In this document: positions 44,939-55,058 of the stretch, piece after piece
How the letters are laid out: each line of letters starts with the position of its first letter
Position numbering within the stretch: position 1 is the first letter of the stretch
DNA from: a virus
Length of the DNA stretch: 64,000 nt
Strand: one strand, 5' to 3'
IMG/VR virus record: IMGVR_UViG_3300028920_000045
Location: 1-64,000 of that record
Position numbers and translations under genes: made by a program
Notes under the pieces: generated by a model
What the model saw: only the letters and a program-made list of their open reading frames with translations
The model's database searches: none
Told to the model about the DNA's origin: nothing

Positions 44939-45141
44939 TGCGTCCGGGCCTCGGTCTGGACCTGGGGGAGCTGTGCGAGCTGACGTTCAAACTCGCTTTC
45001 CACTCCCAGGGCGGGATCGGTGCCTCGTACGTCGACACCCTTCCGGTGCGGGAGGTCCTCCTCTACCTCAAGAGCCTGGTCCGACAGCAGGAGAGGGAGG
45101 AGAAGTACCTCCGGACGATCATGAGGCGACGAGAGGTGTGA
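44935..45141 (+). CDS. Tail assembly chaperone extension (gpT-like)
   Basis: -1 frame relative to 44135 ORF; directly before tape measure. Confidence 0.7.
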   Translation: MMRPGLGLDLGELCELTFKLAFHSQGGIGASYVDTLPVREVLLYLKSLVRQQEREEKYLRTIMRRREV

Positions 45142-45142
45142 C

Positions 45143-47668
45143 GTGGCGACAGAGCTAGGACTCTTCGCAAAGCTCAACTTCCAGGGCGACCAGGCCGTCC
45201 AGGGAATGAAGAGGTCGTCGTCTGCCTTCGCTGGTCTCCGGAAGTCGGCCAAGGGAGCCCAGACCGCCGCCCAGGGTCTCCGTCAATCCTTGACCCCCGT
45301 TGCTATCGGTTCTGCCGCCGTCGCCGGGGCGACGGCCCTGGCCGTCCGAGGTGCGGTCGAGTTCCAGACCGGACTCGCCAAGGTCAACACTCTCCTCGGT
45401 CCTGCCGGTGACGGACTGGAAGATTACGGGATCGGGTTGATCCAGCTCGGGGCCGACTTTGGGAAGACGACCTCGGACGTGTCCGAGGGTCTCTTCCAGG
45501 CGATCTCGGCCGGTGTCGAGACGACGAAGGTTATGGACTTTATGTCCGTGGCCCAGAAAGCCGCCGCCGCAGGTTTCACCGAGACTCGGACCGCCGTCGA
45601 CGGTCTGACCAATATCATGAATGCGTACGGGAAGACCTCGGACGAGGCCCTCTCGATCTCGGACTCGATCTTTATCGCTAACAAACTGGGCAAGACCACC
45701 TTTGAGGAGATCGCCCGGACCATCGGTCGGGTTGCGTCCCAGGCATCGGCGTCGAATATCAGTCTCAACGAACTCCTCTCCGTCGTCGTCTCGGTCACGA
45801 AGGGAGGCATCCGGACATCGGAGGTCATGTCCGGACTCAAGGCCGCTCTCGCCAACGTCGGGAAGCCGACCAAGGACGCGAAGGACGAAGCGGCCCGACT
45901 CGGGATCAAGTTCAATACCGCCGCTCTCCAGGCCAAGGGGTTCGCCGGGTTCCTCGCGGACGTCCAGAGGGCGACCGGTGGGGACATTAAGTCTCTGCAA
46001 AAACTCTTCGGGTCCGTCGAGGCCGTCAACGTGGTCACTCGGCTCACGTCAAAGGCCGGGTTTAACGATCTCAAGGTCTCTCTCGCCGCGATGGAATCCG
46101 GAGCGGGGACGACCGAGGAGGCCTTCCAGAAGGTCGCCCAGACGACCGGGTTCCAGCTCCAGAGGATGTCGTCGGCACTCAAGTCGACCGGAGCGGCGTT
46201 CGGTGCCTTCGCCCTCCCCCTCCTGACCGGTCCGTTCTCTCGGGTCTCGGACCACCTCAAGGACGCGGCCGTCGCCTTTCAGATCTATTCGACCGACGTG
46301 GACAAGAGAACCCCGAAGATGCGAGAGCAGCTCGAAGGGATGTCGACCTCGGTCAAGGAATTCGCAGAGGGTATCCGCGAGGGTGTCTCCTCGGTCAAGG
46401 CCGGGTTCGCCACGGTCCGAGGTGTACTCGGTGACGTGGCCGGTGTCTTCGGATTCGAGGGGTCGTCGAGAGAGATGGGGAAACTCGTCGTCCAGGTCGC
46501 GGCAATCGCACCCGCGATTCTCGCCGCTGTCGGAGCCCTCAAGGTCCTCGGGATGGGTTTCGGTGTCGTGGCGGGTCTGGCGAAGACGGCCGTCGGAACG
46601 ACCCAGATGCTCGCCCCCGCCGCCCGACTCGGAGGTCGAGGTCTTCGAGGTCTCGGTCGACTCCTCGGTCGAGGTGCGAGTCGACTCTTCGGTGGTCGGG
46701 TGATCGGTGGTATCGGAGAGGCCGCGACCGCCGCCGCTTCCACGGTCACTCGACAGGGTACTCCGGTCTGGGTCACGAACGTCTCGGAGTTCGGGTCCGT
46801 GGTCGGAGGTGGAGTCGGAGACGCCCTCCTCGGGAAGACCGGAGCCACGGGTCTCGGTGCGGCCAGTGCGAAAGCTGCCGCCGCAGGAGGTCTCGGTTTC
46901 GGGAGCAAGCTGGCGATGGCGGCTGGACCTCTCGCCCTCCTCACAACCGGACTCGTTCTCTTCGGGAAGGCCGTCGGGGACTCGATCAACCTGATCGGTG
47001 ATTATGAGGGACTCGCGGCGAGGTCTCCTCTCCGGAAGATGATCGCGGACGAACGGAAAGCGGCCAAGGAACGAGCCGACCAGCAGAAGGCCGAGAAACA
47101 GAAGGAGGCCCGACTCAACCGAGAACTCTTCGGGGGGCAGACGACCCTGGAGACCCTCAAGGTCGGACAGACTCTCGGAGGTCGATTCGAGGAGACGGCA
47201 CGTCAACAGCTCCGGTCACAGGCCGAGAAGCTGGCCGCGACGGGAGACGTCTCCAATACGGCGAAGGTCCTCCGGGCGATGGACCTCCCGTTCATCATGA
47301 AAGAGACAGCGGCCGGTCTCCCCGAGATCAGTCTCGCAAAAAAGGAGATGGCTCAACTCGACCAGCTCCGGAACCGGATCGAGAGAGGGAAGACCCTGAC
47401 CGATACCCAGGAGGATCAGCTCGTCCGACTGGGGCAGATGGAAAAGTACCTCTCCGACATCTCCCGAATCCTCGGGGTGACCGTGGCCGGTCAGCGATTC
47501 GAGGCGAGCCTCCAGGTCAACCTCGACGGTCGTGAGATCGCCCAGGCCCTCGTCGAGAGGAACCTCACCGACCTCAAGGGTCGAGGTGAGTCTCCGTCCC
47601 CCGAGGACGAGAGGTTGATCCAGTTCACCGGGAACCCCGAACTCCGGAAGGCCAAGCCGAAGCCGTAG
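45143..47668 (+). CDS. Tape measure protein (TP901 family)
   Basis: FQTGLAKVNTL, GLFQAISAG, LGKTTFEEIA, LFGSVEA; A/G-rich helical. Confidence 0.94.
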   Translation: MATELGLFAKLNFQGDQAVQGMKRSSSAFAGLRKSAKGAQTAAQGLRQSLTPVAIGSAAVAGATALAVRGAVEFQTGLAKVNTLLGPAGDGLEDYGIGLIQLGADFGKTTSDVSEGLFQAISAGVETTKVMDFMSVAQKAAAAGFTETRTAVDGLTNIMNAYGKTSDEALSISDSIFIANKLGKTTFEEIARTIGRVASQASASNISLNELLSVVVSVTKGGIRTSEVMSGLKAALANVGKPTKDAKDEAARLGIKFNTAALQAKGFAGFLADVQRATGGDIKSLQKLFGSVEAVNVVTRLTSKAGFNDLKVSLAAMESGAGTTEEAFQKVAQTTGFQLQRMSSALKSTGAAFGAFALPLLTGPFSRVSDHLKDAAVAFQIYSTDVDKRTPKMREQLEGMSTSVKEFAEGIREGVSSVKAGFATVRGVLGDVAGVFGFEGSSREMGKLVVQVAAIAPAILAAVGALKVLGMGFGVVAGLAKTAVGTTQMLAPAARLGGRGLRGLGRLLGRGASRLFGGRVIGGIGEAATAAASTVTRQGTPVWVTNVSEFGSVVGGGVGDALLGKTGATGLGAASAKAAAAGGLGFGSKLAMAAGPLALLTTGLVLFGKAVGDSINLIGDYEGLAARSPLRKMIADERKAAKERADQQKAEKQKEARLNRELFGGQTTLETLKVGQTLGGRFEETARQQLRSQAEKLAATGDVSNTAKVLRAMDLPFIMKETAAGLPEISLAKKEMAQLDQLRNRIERGKTLTDTQEDQLVRLGQMEKYLSDISRILGVTVAGQRFEASLQVNLDGREIAQALVERNLTDLKGRGESPSPEDERLIQFTGNPELRKAKPKP

Positions 47669-47680
47669 AGGAGACGACGT

Positions 47681-48505
47681 ATGTTCTTCGGTATCACCTG
47701 GCGGCTCTGGAACTCGGACACTTGGGACGTCCTTGAGTCCGGGTACGAGATCGGTGGGGAGATCTCCGAGTCCTTCGGACCCACGTACATCGAGCATCAG
47801 GGCGTGGGGATGGACGCCCCGATCCAGCAGTGGGTCAGTGGGAAACAGAAGACGATCAACCTCGACCTCTTCTTCTTCGCGGAGTTCTTCACCGAGGATA
47901 TTATCGACCTCGTCGAGAAGCTCAAGTCGTGGACCGAGAGGGACAAGTTCCTCAAGCCCCCTCGTCCTCCTCGTCTCCTCTTCGATTACGGTGAGGCCTT
48001 CCTGGTCCCCTGCAAGCTAGACGCCGTCGGAGGTCTCCGGTGGGAAGGTGGACTTCGGTACGACGGGACCCCGAGGATTGCCAGGGTCCCGGTCGTCCTC
48101 CGTCGGTGGGTCGACGACATACAGTACGAGACCACCGACCCGACACGTCCCCCGTCCTCGACGGTGTACCATGAGGTCGCCCAGGGCGAGACCTTCGAGC
48201 ACGTCGCCGCGAGACGGTACGGCTCCGAGAACGCCCTCCTCGGGGTCCTGCTCCGACAGGACAACCCGGACAAGGTCGACCTCCGAATCGGTGACGTGAT
48301 CGAGATCCCCGACCTCGACAAGATCTCCCCTCGGTTGATCCAGGGGTCCTCTCCGATCTTCTCGGGAACCGAGGACGCCGAGGAAGCCCTGTCCGAGTAC
48401 TGGGACCTTCGGTCCGGTGCGTCGTCGACCAGTCTCCCAGTCCTCGATCCTCCGACCGACCTGGGAGAGATCGAGTTCTCGGCTCTCTTCACCGTGACGG
48501 AGTGA
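47681..48505 (+). CDS. Tube-initiator / baseplate protein with LysM-like domain
   Basis: QWVSG...PPRLLFDYG...DGTPRIARV then HEVAQGETFEHVAARRYG...LRIGDVIEIP. Confidence 0.82.
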   Translation: MFFGITWRLWNSDTWDVLESGYEIGGEISESFGPTYIEHQGVGMDAPIQQWVSGKQKTINLDLFFFAEFFTEDIIDLVEKLKSWTERDKFLKPPRPPRLLFDYGEAFLVPCKLDAVGGLRWEGGLRYDGTPRIARVPVVLRRWVDDIQYETTDPTRPPSSTVYHEVAQGETFEHVAARRYGSENALLGVLLRQDNPDKVDLRIGDVIEIPDLDKISPRLIQGSSPIFSGTEDAEEALSEYWDLRSGASSTSLPVLDPPTDLGEIEFSALFTVTE

Positions 48506-48509
48506 GACC

Positions 48510-49007
48510 ATGCCGACGTTTGCGACCGTCGTACTCGAAGTCCTGGACGGGTCGACCTGGAGGTCGGCCGTTCCCCAGGACATCGACTTCGGTGAGGTCG
48601 ACGCGGGAACGACCTCGTCCGTCCTCGACCTCCGAGTCCGGAACTGGAGCGACGACGACAGGACCGGGGTCGGGTTCTACCTGGCACCCGAGACCGCCCC
48701 GCTCATGATCGAGGACCGAGTGGTCCTCCTCGACTGGGGTGACGTGAACCAAGGTCTCCAGATCCAGCAGAAGACCGGACCCGGTCCGGGAGACTGGGGG
48801 TCGTGGTCCTCGTTCAAGACCGGGGTCGGAGACTCCGAGGAGGACCTGGTCCTCTTGTCGAAGGACGGAGTCGACCCCGCCCAGTCCGAAGACGGAGACC
48901 TCCCCGCCATCCTCTCCGGTCAGTTCCGGATCAGGATCGACGTCCCCTCGTTCGCACCGTCCAGGTCGAGACGGTACAAGCCGAGACTCAAGGTGAAGTA
49001 CGCATGA
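48510..49007 (+). CDS. Hypothetical baseplate-region protein
   Basis: Operon context; IDFGEVDAG beta-sandwich-like. Confidence 0.68.
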   Translation: MPTFATVVLEVLDGSTWRSAVPQDIDFGEVDAGTTSSVLDLRVRNWSDDDRTGVGFYLAPETAPLMIEDRVVLLDWGDVNQGLQIQQKTGPGPGDWGSWSSFKTGVGDSEEDLVLLSKDGVDPAQSEDGDLPAILSGQFRIRIDVPSFAPSRSRRYKPRLKVKYA

Positions 49008-50227
49008 CCTCCTGGGACGTCCAGCTTCCTCCGTCCTTCTCTCTCGACGTGAACGGGACGAGAATCCAGGACGACGTCGGACGGATGGTCAAGTCCATCC
49101 GATACACCGACGCAACCGACGGAGCCGACGTCCTGGAACTCACCCTCGACGATCCGACCCTTTGGCTGGTCGACTCGAAGATCTTTGCCGAGGGGAACGT
49201 CGTCGATCTCTTCCTGGGGTACGGACACGTCAACCGGTTCGTCGGTCGGGTCCTGATCTGGGAACCGCCCAGGGCGTCGGCTCCGAGGAACGGTCGACCG
49301 TCGACGACAGTGATCGGACACAGCGCGACCCGCTGGCTAATGGAGTCCTCGAAGAAGAAGAAGGGGCGTCGTATCGGCTCGGCCGAGACGAGGACGTCGG
49401 CCGCGAATCGAGAAGCGGACCAGGAGACCGTCGGGATCATCGCCTGGGACTATGGGTTCAAAGCCCAAGCCGACCGGACACAGCAGAAGAGAAAGGCGAT
49501 CAAGAGGAAGGGCAAGTCGGACTGGCAGCTCCTCAAGGACATGGCTCGACTCAACGGGTTCCGAGTCTGGTGCGAGTGGATTCCGGAGAACCTCGCCGGT
49601 CAGTGGAACCTCTGTTTCCTCAAGCCGGGGAACCAGCCCCGTCGACCCCGGGATCTTCGACCTGGTCAGTACGAGTTTTTCTGGGGAGTCGACGAGACGA
49701 CCCAGAACAACCGACTCCTCGACTGGTCCGCGTCGTTCTCGACCCAGGCCGGGGCGTCCGAGGTCGAGGTTCTCCGGTACGACCGGAAGACGTACTCCTA
49801 TGCCCGGTATATCGCCCGTCTTGAGCAGAAGGGTCGGTCGCACCTCTTCTACGGTCCGAAGGGGAACGAACTCTCGAAGGAGGAGATCACCACGGGATCA
49901 AGGGTTCTCTTTACAGCCTTCGGTCGGCAGCTCCACGTAATCCGAGACCGACCCTTTGCGAACGACGCGGAGGCCCTGGAGTACGCCCGGTCCTGGCTCG
50001 GCAGGAACTCCCTCTCCTTCATTCACCTCCAGGGAACGGTACCCGGCCTTCCGGATCTCCGGAAGTACACGAAACAGAAGATCACGGGAGTCCCGGCGAG
50101 ACTCGCGGGGGAGTACGAGTTCTTCGACATCGTACACGAACTCAACGAAGGGTCCGGGTATACGTGTCGATTCTCCGCGAGACGAGCCGAGGACATCGGA
50201 CTCGATATGTCCGCGTTTAGGGTGTAG
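49004..50227 (+). CDS. Baseplate hub / phage late control D-like protein
   Basis: GADVLELTLDD, DLFLGY, SDWQLLKDMARLNGF, GTVPGLPDLR, LAGEY...HEL...GYTCRF. Confidence 0.85.
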   Translation: MTSWDVQLPPSFSLDVNGTRIQDDVGRMVKSIRYTDATDGADVLELTLDDPTLWLVDSKIFAEGNVVDLFLGYGHVNRFVGRVLIWEPPRASAPRNGRPSTTVIGHSATRWLMESSKKKKGRRIGSAETRTSAANREADQETVGIIAWDYGFKAQADRTQQKRKAIKRKGKSDWQLLKDMARLNGFRVWCEWIPENLAGQWNLCFLKPGNQPRRPRDLRPGQYEFFWGVDETTQNNRLLDWSASFSTQAGASEVEVLRYDRKTYSYARYIARLEQKGRSHLFYGPKGNELSKEEITTGSRVLFTAFGRQLHVIRDRPFANDAEALEYARSWLGRNSLSFIHLQGTVPGLPDLRKYTKQKITGVPARLAGEYEFFDIVHELNEGSGYTCRFSARRAEDIGLDMSAFRV

Positions 50228-50229
50228 CT

Positions 50230-51369
50230 ATGCCGGTCGAGCAGTGGAAGGCAACGGTCACGGCGAACGACGACCCCCAGAAGAGGGGTCGGATTCGGGT
50301 GACGTGTCCTGCTCTCCTGGACGCGGACGACGACGAAGCCGCTGTCCGAGAGGGAGAGCACCCGGAACCTCCGGAGCTGCCCGACTGGATCGATCCCTCG
50401 TTCTTCTTCGCGGCTAACTACACAGGACGGACGAGCGCCGAGGGACAGTTCACCGAGACGAACCAGCCTGCCGGGTTCTTCTTCGTCCCTCGCATCGGTG
50501 ACCAGGTCGTGATCGAAATTGACACCGACGCCGACGACCTGGAACTCGAAGAGAGAATGACCTGGAGGTTCGCCCTCTACCCGACGACCGACGACGTCCC
50601 GTCTATTTTTCAAGGGGTCTTCTCCGACGAGATCGACGAGAGAACACAGGACCTCTTGTATACCCGGATCTGGGGGTTCTTCTCGTACGAAGGTCACGGC
50701 CTGCTCATGCTCGACGTCCCAGCTAATCAGGGCGGGACTCTCTTCCTGGTCCAGAACGCACAGACGACGTCTCCTGGTCTTTCCCCCGAGCGGTTCCTGG
50801 TTATGGGGGAGATGGACGGATTCGACGACCCGGTCTTCGCAGTGATCGACAGGAACCAGAACGAGATCTCAATCGAGGAGAGCGGCAGGATCATCCTCAA
50901 CTCGGCAATCTACGGGGGGACTCTCTACTTCGACGACAAGATCGTCGGACTATATTCCGAATATGGGTCCGGACATGAGCTAGAGATGGTCACCGATCCC
51001 GGTGCCGGTGAGGATTATATTCGGATGCTCCACCGGAACGGAGGGGTTGAGTTCTACCTGGACGAAGACCGGATCTTTATGGAGGACTCTCTCGGTGAAG
51101 TGGTCGAGCTAAACACCTCCGGAGGTCCGTCGCAGATCTATATCGGGTCCAGTGCGACCGAGCCTCTCGTCCTGGGGACTCAACTCCAGACGATCCTCAA
51201 TTCGATCATGACCTTTCTCTTGACCCACGTACACGAAGGACCAGGACACGCCCCGCCCGATGGGTTCACCGGAGGACTCGGAACGGTGTCCGCTTCGGGA
51301 TGGGCGACCTTGACCGCTCTGATCGCCGGGACCACTTGGCTCTCGGACTTGGCAAAGACGAAGAAGTGA
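50230..51369 (+). CDS. Baseplate spike (gp5/gpV OB-fold)
   Basis: VTANDDPQKRGRIRVTCP, GFFFVPRIGDQVVI, EPLVLG, THVH. Confidence 0.88.
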   Translation: MPVEQWKATVTANDDPQKRGRIRVTCPALLDADDDEAAVREGEHPEPPELPDWIDPSFFFAANYTGRTSAEGQFTETNQPAGFFFVPRIGDQVVIEIDTDADDLELEERMTWRFALYPTTDDVPSIFQGVFSDEIDERTQDLLYTRIWGFFSYEGHGLLMLDVPANQGGTLFLVQNAQTTSPGLSPERFLVMGEMDGFDDPVFAVIDRNQNEISIEESGRIILNSAIYGGTLYFDDKIVGLYSEYGSGHELEMVTDPGAGEDYIRMLHRNGGVEFYLDEDRIFMEDSLGEVVELNTSGGPSQIYIGSSATEPLVLGTQLQTILNSIMTFLLTHVHEGPGHAPPDGFTGGLGTVSASGWATLTALIAGTTWLSDLAKTKK

Positions 51370-51420
51370 TCGTATCATGCAGACCTGGTTAGACCCCAGG
51401 TCAGGAAGAGGAGGAAGAAG

Positions 51421-51873
51421 ATGTCCGACGAGACGAAGACCGAGACCGCCCCGACCTTCCAGGACGTTGCGAAGGCCGCGCCCGACTTCGACGAGGATTC
51501 CCTCGACTCGTACTGCGAGCGGGTCCGCGCGACCTTCTCCCAGTTCAAGGACGGGCTCCGGGAGAAGAACGAGGAGGTCACGCCTCTCGGGAAGCTCCCG
51601 AAGCCCCCGAAGTACTCCGGCAACGACATCCCCCGGGTCTCGACCTGGAGACTCTGGCTCAAGCGGGTGTACGCCTCATTCGTGATCGTCGAGAACGATT
51701 ACGAGGGCAAGAAGTACAAGATGCCCATGAGCGACGACGGGAAGGAGATCACCTTCGACCCGAGCAAGGTGGTCGAGGTCAAGGAAGGCTGGATCGCCAA
51801 GCACAAGGGCTTCGGGATCGAGTTCTACAAGCCGACCTGGTCCCCCCTCGTCCTCGGGACCGTGGACAAGTAG
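51421..51873 (+). CDS. Hypothetical protein
   Basis: Strong RBS; typical codon usage. Confidence 0.75.
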   Translation: MSDETKTETAPTFQDVAKAAPDFDEDSLDSYCERVRATFSQFKDGLREKNEEVTPLGKLPKPPKYSGNDIPRVSTWRLWLKRVYASFVIVENDYEGKKYKMPMSDDGKEITFDPSKVVEVKEGWIAKHKGFGIEFYKPTWSPLVLGTVDK

Positions 51874-51882
51874 GGGGTCGAC

Positions 51883-52470
51883 GTGACCCAGGAGAAGAAG
51901 AGAGGTCGACTCGGACAGGTCGCCTCGGTGATTGCGTCGGTCGCCGCTCTGGTCGTCGCACTCACGACGGCCTGGACCTCGGTCGCCCCCACCGTGGTCG
52001 AGGACCAGGAGAAGAAGGTCCAGGCCCAGGGGGAGAAGGTCGATCAGTTCTATGCCCTCTTCCGGACCGTGGTCGAGGAGCAGAGGGCGACCATTCGTCT
52101 CCTCCTGGACGAACTCCGGGCAGCTCGTCGGGGGGAGACACCCGTCGAGGTCTCGGCCGGGGTGGGGATGGTCACGACCGGAGGTGGTCGTCGAGTTCGG
52201 GCCGCTCCCCGGGTTCGGTCCGGGTCGCCCCCCAGGGTGACCTCGACTCCGTCTTCTCCCCCTCCGGACCCCGAGATCGAAGAGGTCGGGGAGAGCGAGA
52301 CAGCCCAGGAGGGGCGATCTCCGGACTGGACCCCTCTCCCTCCGTCCCTGGAGCAGTACGTCCAGGAGAGACGACCTCCGGGCGTCCTGGCCCCCGTTCC
52401 GGGTCCTTCCCCAGACGCGGGAGCCGTCGAGACCGAGGTCGAGGCCCCTCCGAGGGTCGAGGAGGAGTAG
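51883..52470 (+). CDS. Hypothetical membrane-anchored protein with Pro-rich tail
   Basis: VASVIASVAALVVALTTAW then coiled coil. Confidence 0.65.
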   Translation: MTQEKKRGRLGQVASVIASVAALVVALTTAWTSVAPTVVEDQEKKVQAQGEKVDQFYALFRTVVEEQRATIRLLLDELRAARRGETPVEVSAGVGMVTTGGGRRVRAAPRVRSGSPPRVTSTPSSPPPDPEIEEVGESETAQEGRSPDWTPLPPSLEQYVQERRPPGVLAPVPGPSPDAGAVETEVEAPPRVEEE

Positions 52471-52471
52471 G

Positions 52472-52864
52472 ATGGCCGAGCCCCAGGGAGTGAGTCTCCC
52501 GGCTCGACTCACCGGAGAAGGTGGGTTCGTCTGGGTCACCGGAGAGGACTTCGTCCGGGAGATCGTGGTCCGGGCCGTGAGCCCGAATTACTCGGACAAC
52601 CCCTTCGAGTCGATCCCGATGGACGAGGACGCAGTATTCAAGATGGACGACCCCTCGACCAGAGTCCGGGTCCTCGACGCACTCCGTCGGGGGTTTGCCT
52701 ACCTGGAACGGATCGGACTGGCCCGAGCCACCGGGACCCGTCCCTTCGTCTTCCGTGAGACCGGAGTCGAGGGAGAGGCCGAGGTCCAGGTCTCGTACAC
52801 GAACCTCAAGACCCAGGACCCCGGAGTCCTCACTCGTCGACTCCGGTTCTCCTCGACGACGTAG
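52472..52864 (+). CDS. Baseplate wedge / sheath initiator (gp25-like)
   Basis: Size and position before baseplate J; GVSLP...VQVSYTNLKT. Confidence 0.68.
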   Translation: MAEPQGVSLPARLTGEGGFVWVTGEDFVREIVVRAVSPNYSDNPFESIPMDEDAVFKMDDPSTRVRVLDALRRGFAYLERIGLARATGTRPFVFRETGVEGEAEVQVSYTNLKTQDPGVLTRRLRFSSTT

Positions 52865-52873
52865 GGTGAGATC

Positions 52874-55048
52874 ATGGCGACGGTAACCGTTCCCTCGTTT
52901 CGATTCGCGGTCTTCTTCTACGCGGAGATCCTCTCCGAACTCCGGGCGTACCTCCGGATCAACGTCCCGGAGCTGTCAACCGAGAACGATTACGAACTCG
53001 CCGTCCAGATGCTCAAGTCCTTCGCCCTGGTCGGACACCTCAACTCGGTCCATACCGACGCAGCGGCGAACGAGGCCGTCTTCGGGACGGCGAAACTCCT
53101 GGAGTCCGTCCGACAGCACCTCAAGTTGATCGGGGTTGAGCCCGACACGGCGACCCCCGCCGTCTCGTACATCTTCGCCCGATTGACCAAGGTCTTCGAC
53201 GCGACGACCGAGGTGGTCCCTCCCTACTCCCAATTTGCGACCGCACCGACCGCCGACTCCGTCGGGGTCGTCTTCGAGTACAACGACGACGAGGCCCTCT
53301 CGGTTTCCAGGACCGACGAACTCTCGGCCGTCTTCTCGGACAACGGGGGAACCTTCACCGACTACACAACCGAGGCGGTCTCGGGTGCGTCGTGGTCTCC
53401 CTGGCCGACGGTCGAGGCTCAAGACGCGGTGTACTTCGGTCACGACTCGATCATCTTCTCCGGGTTCGTGGCCGACGTCGACACGGCCGGGGCGGATTAC
53501 GACGGGGTCTGGGAGTTCTATGCCGGGTCCCTGGGGTATCCCTACAGCAACCCCTCGGACGTAACGGACCTCGGGTCGACTCTCCGCTTCGACCTCGACG
53601 GAACCCTCGGGTCCTCGAAAGCAACCGGATCTTTGATCCGAGTCCAGTACAACCCGACGGGTGCGTACGAGGATGTCGAGTCACAGTGGGACGGGGTCCA
53701 TAACTATATCGAGACGTCGACCCTCCTGGGTCAGTCGTCGCCGTCAACCGAAGAGTCCGACTACACGGTCGGGAGCGAGTGGCTCCGGGTCTTCCAGGTT
53801 TCCGACGAGTCCTCTGGGTTCAAGTCGGACGGAGAGGGGTCGGTCTTCTTCGTCCCGGGAAGCTACGTCCTCCCGTACATTCAGCCCGGGACGGTCAACG
53901 GTGTCGAGGCGTACTGGTTCCGATACCGGGTGACCGAGGTCGGTGGCGCTCCGACCGGACCAGACCTCCAGGAGATCGCCCTCTCCGGGCAGTACCAGAT
54001 CATCCGATTCGAGGTGACGCAGGGGCAACGGATCGTCCAGGAACCTCTCGCCGCCGGGACGGGGACGGCGAGTCAACAGTACACCCTCGCCCGGACGTCG
54101 TACATCGGGGGGACTCTCCTGATCACCGTCGACCCGGGGACCGGAGCCCAGGACTGGGAAGAGGTCGACAACTTCCTCAACTCCACCTCGACCGACCGAC
54201 ACTTCACCGTCGAGGTCGGTCAAGACGACATCGTTCTTGTCACCTTCGGGAACGGAGACAACGGGGCAATCCCTCCCGTCGGTTCCGTGATCAATGCCTA
54301 TTATCGGATCGGTGCCGACGTCGACGGGAACGTGGCGGCGGGGAGTATCACGATCAACCGATCCGGTGTCCCCTACCTCGGAGACATCGCCTCCGGTCCT
54401 GGGGTCGGATGGAAACCTGCCCGGGGGTCGGACGCCGAGGACCTGGAGAAGCTCAAGATCGAGGGACCGGCCGAGATCCGGACTCTGGGGAAGGCCGTCA
54501 CCGTCGACGACTTCTCCGTCGTCTCCCTCGACTACCAGAACTCCCTCGGTGCGAAACCGATCTCCCGAGCGTACGCCATCTTCGAGGAACTCGGACCGAA
54601 GACCGTGGGTCTTCACCTCGTCGCCTCGGGTGGGAACTTCCTCACGGCCGACGTCCTGGAGGACGTGGAGAAGTGGTACAACGGGGACGACGATCTCGAT
54701 TACGACACCCGGGTCCTCATGGGGTACCAGGTCGGAGCCCAGAACTATCGACGGAAGACGATCACCGTCGAGGCCACGGTCAAGGCCCGGGGTGTGACCC
54801 AGGGTCAGATCAAGGCAGCTCTCCAGACATTCCTCAACCCACTGGCGACCCACGACGACGGGGTCACCTGGAGATGGGACTTCGGAGAGAAGGTCCCCAC
54901 GTCGAAGATCATCGGAGCAATCGACGGAGTCGCACCGGACAAGATCGAGGAAGTGACCTTGACCGTCCCTGCCTCCGACGTGTATCTGGACCCGGACGAG
55001 CTGCCGTGGGTCACGAACGCGGACCTCACGATCACGGTCGTCGAGTAG
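52874..55048 (+). CDS. Baseplate J-like wedge protein
   Basis: VRQHLKLIG, WEEVDNFLNS...DRHF, FGNGDNGAIPP, YRIGADVDGNV, KAVTVDDF. Confidence 0.9.
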   Translation: MATVTVPSFRFAVFFYAEILSELRAYLRINVPELSTENDYELAVQMLKSFALVGHLNSVHTDAAANEAVFGTAKLLESVRQHLKLIGVEPDTATPAVSYIFARLTKVFDATTEVVPPYSQFATAPTADSVGVVFEYNDDEALSVSRTDELSAVFSDNGGTFTDYTTEAVSGASWSPWPTVEAQDAVYFGHDSIIFSGFVADVDTAGADYDGVWEFYAGSLGYPYSNPSDVTDLGSTLRFDLDGTLGSSKATGSLIRVQYNPTGAYEDVESQWDGVHNYIETSTLLGQSSPSTEESDYTVGSEWLRVFQVSDESSGFKSDGEGSVFFVPGSYVLPYIQPGTVNGVEAYWFRYRVTEVGGAPTGPDLQEIALSGQYQIIRFEVTQGQRIVQEPLAAGTGTASQQYTLARTSYIGGTLLITVDPGTGAQDWEEVDNFLNSTSTDRHFTVEVGQDDIVLVTFGNGDNGAIPPVGSVINAYYRIGADVDGNVAAGSITINRSGVPYLGDIASGPGVGWKPARGSDAEDLEKLKIEGPAEIRTLGKAVTVDDFSVVSLDYQNSLGAKPISRAYAIFEELGPKTVGLHLVASGGNFLTADVLEDVEKWYNGDDDLDYDTRVLMGYQVGAQNYRRKTITVEATVKARGVTQGQIKAALQTFLNPLATHDDGVTWRWDFGEKVPTSKIIGAIDGVAPDKIEEVTLTVPASDVYLDPDELPWVTNADLTITVVE

Positions 55049-55058
55049 GAGCGGCCCG

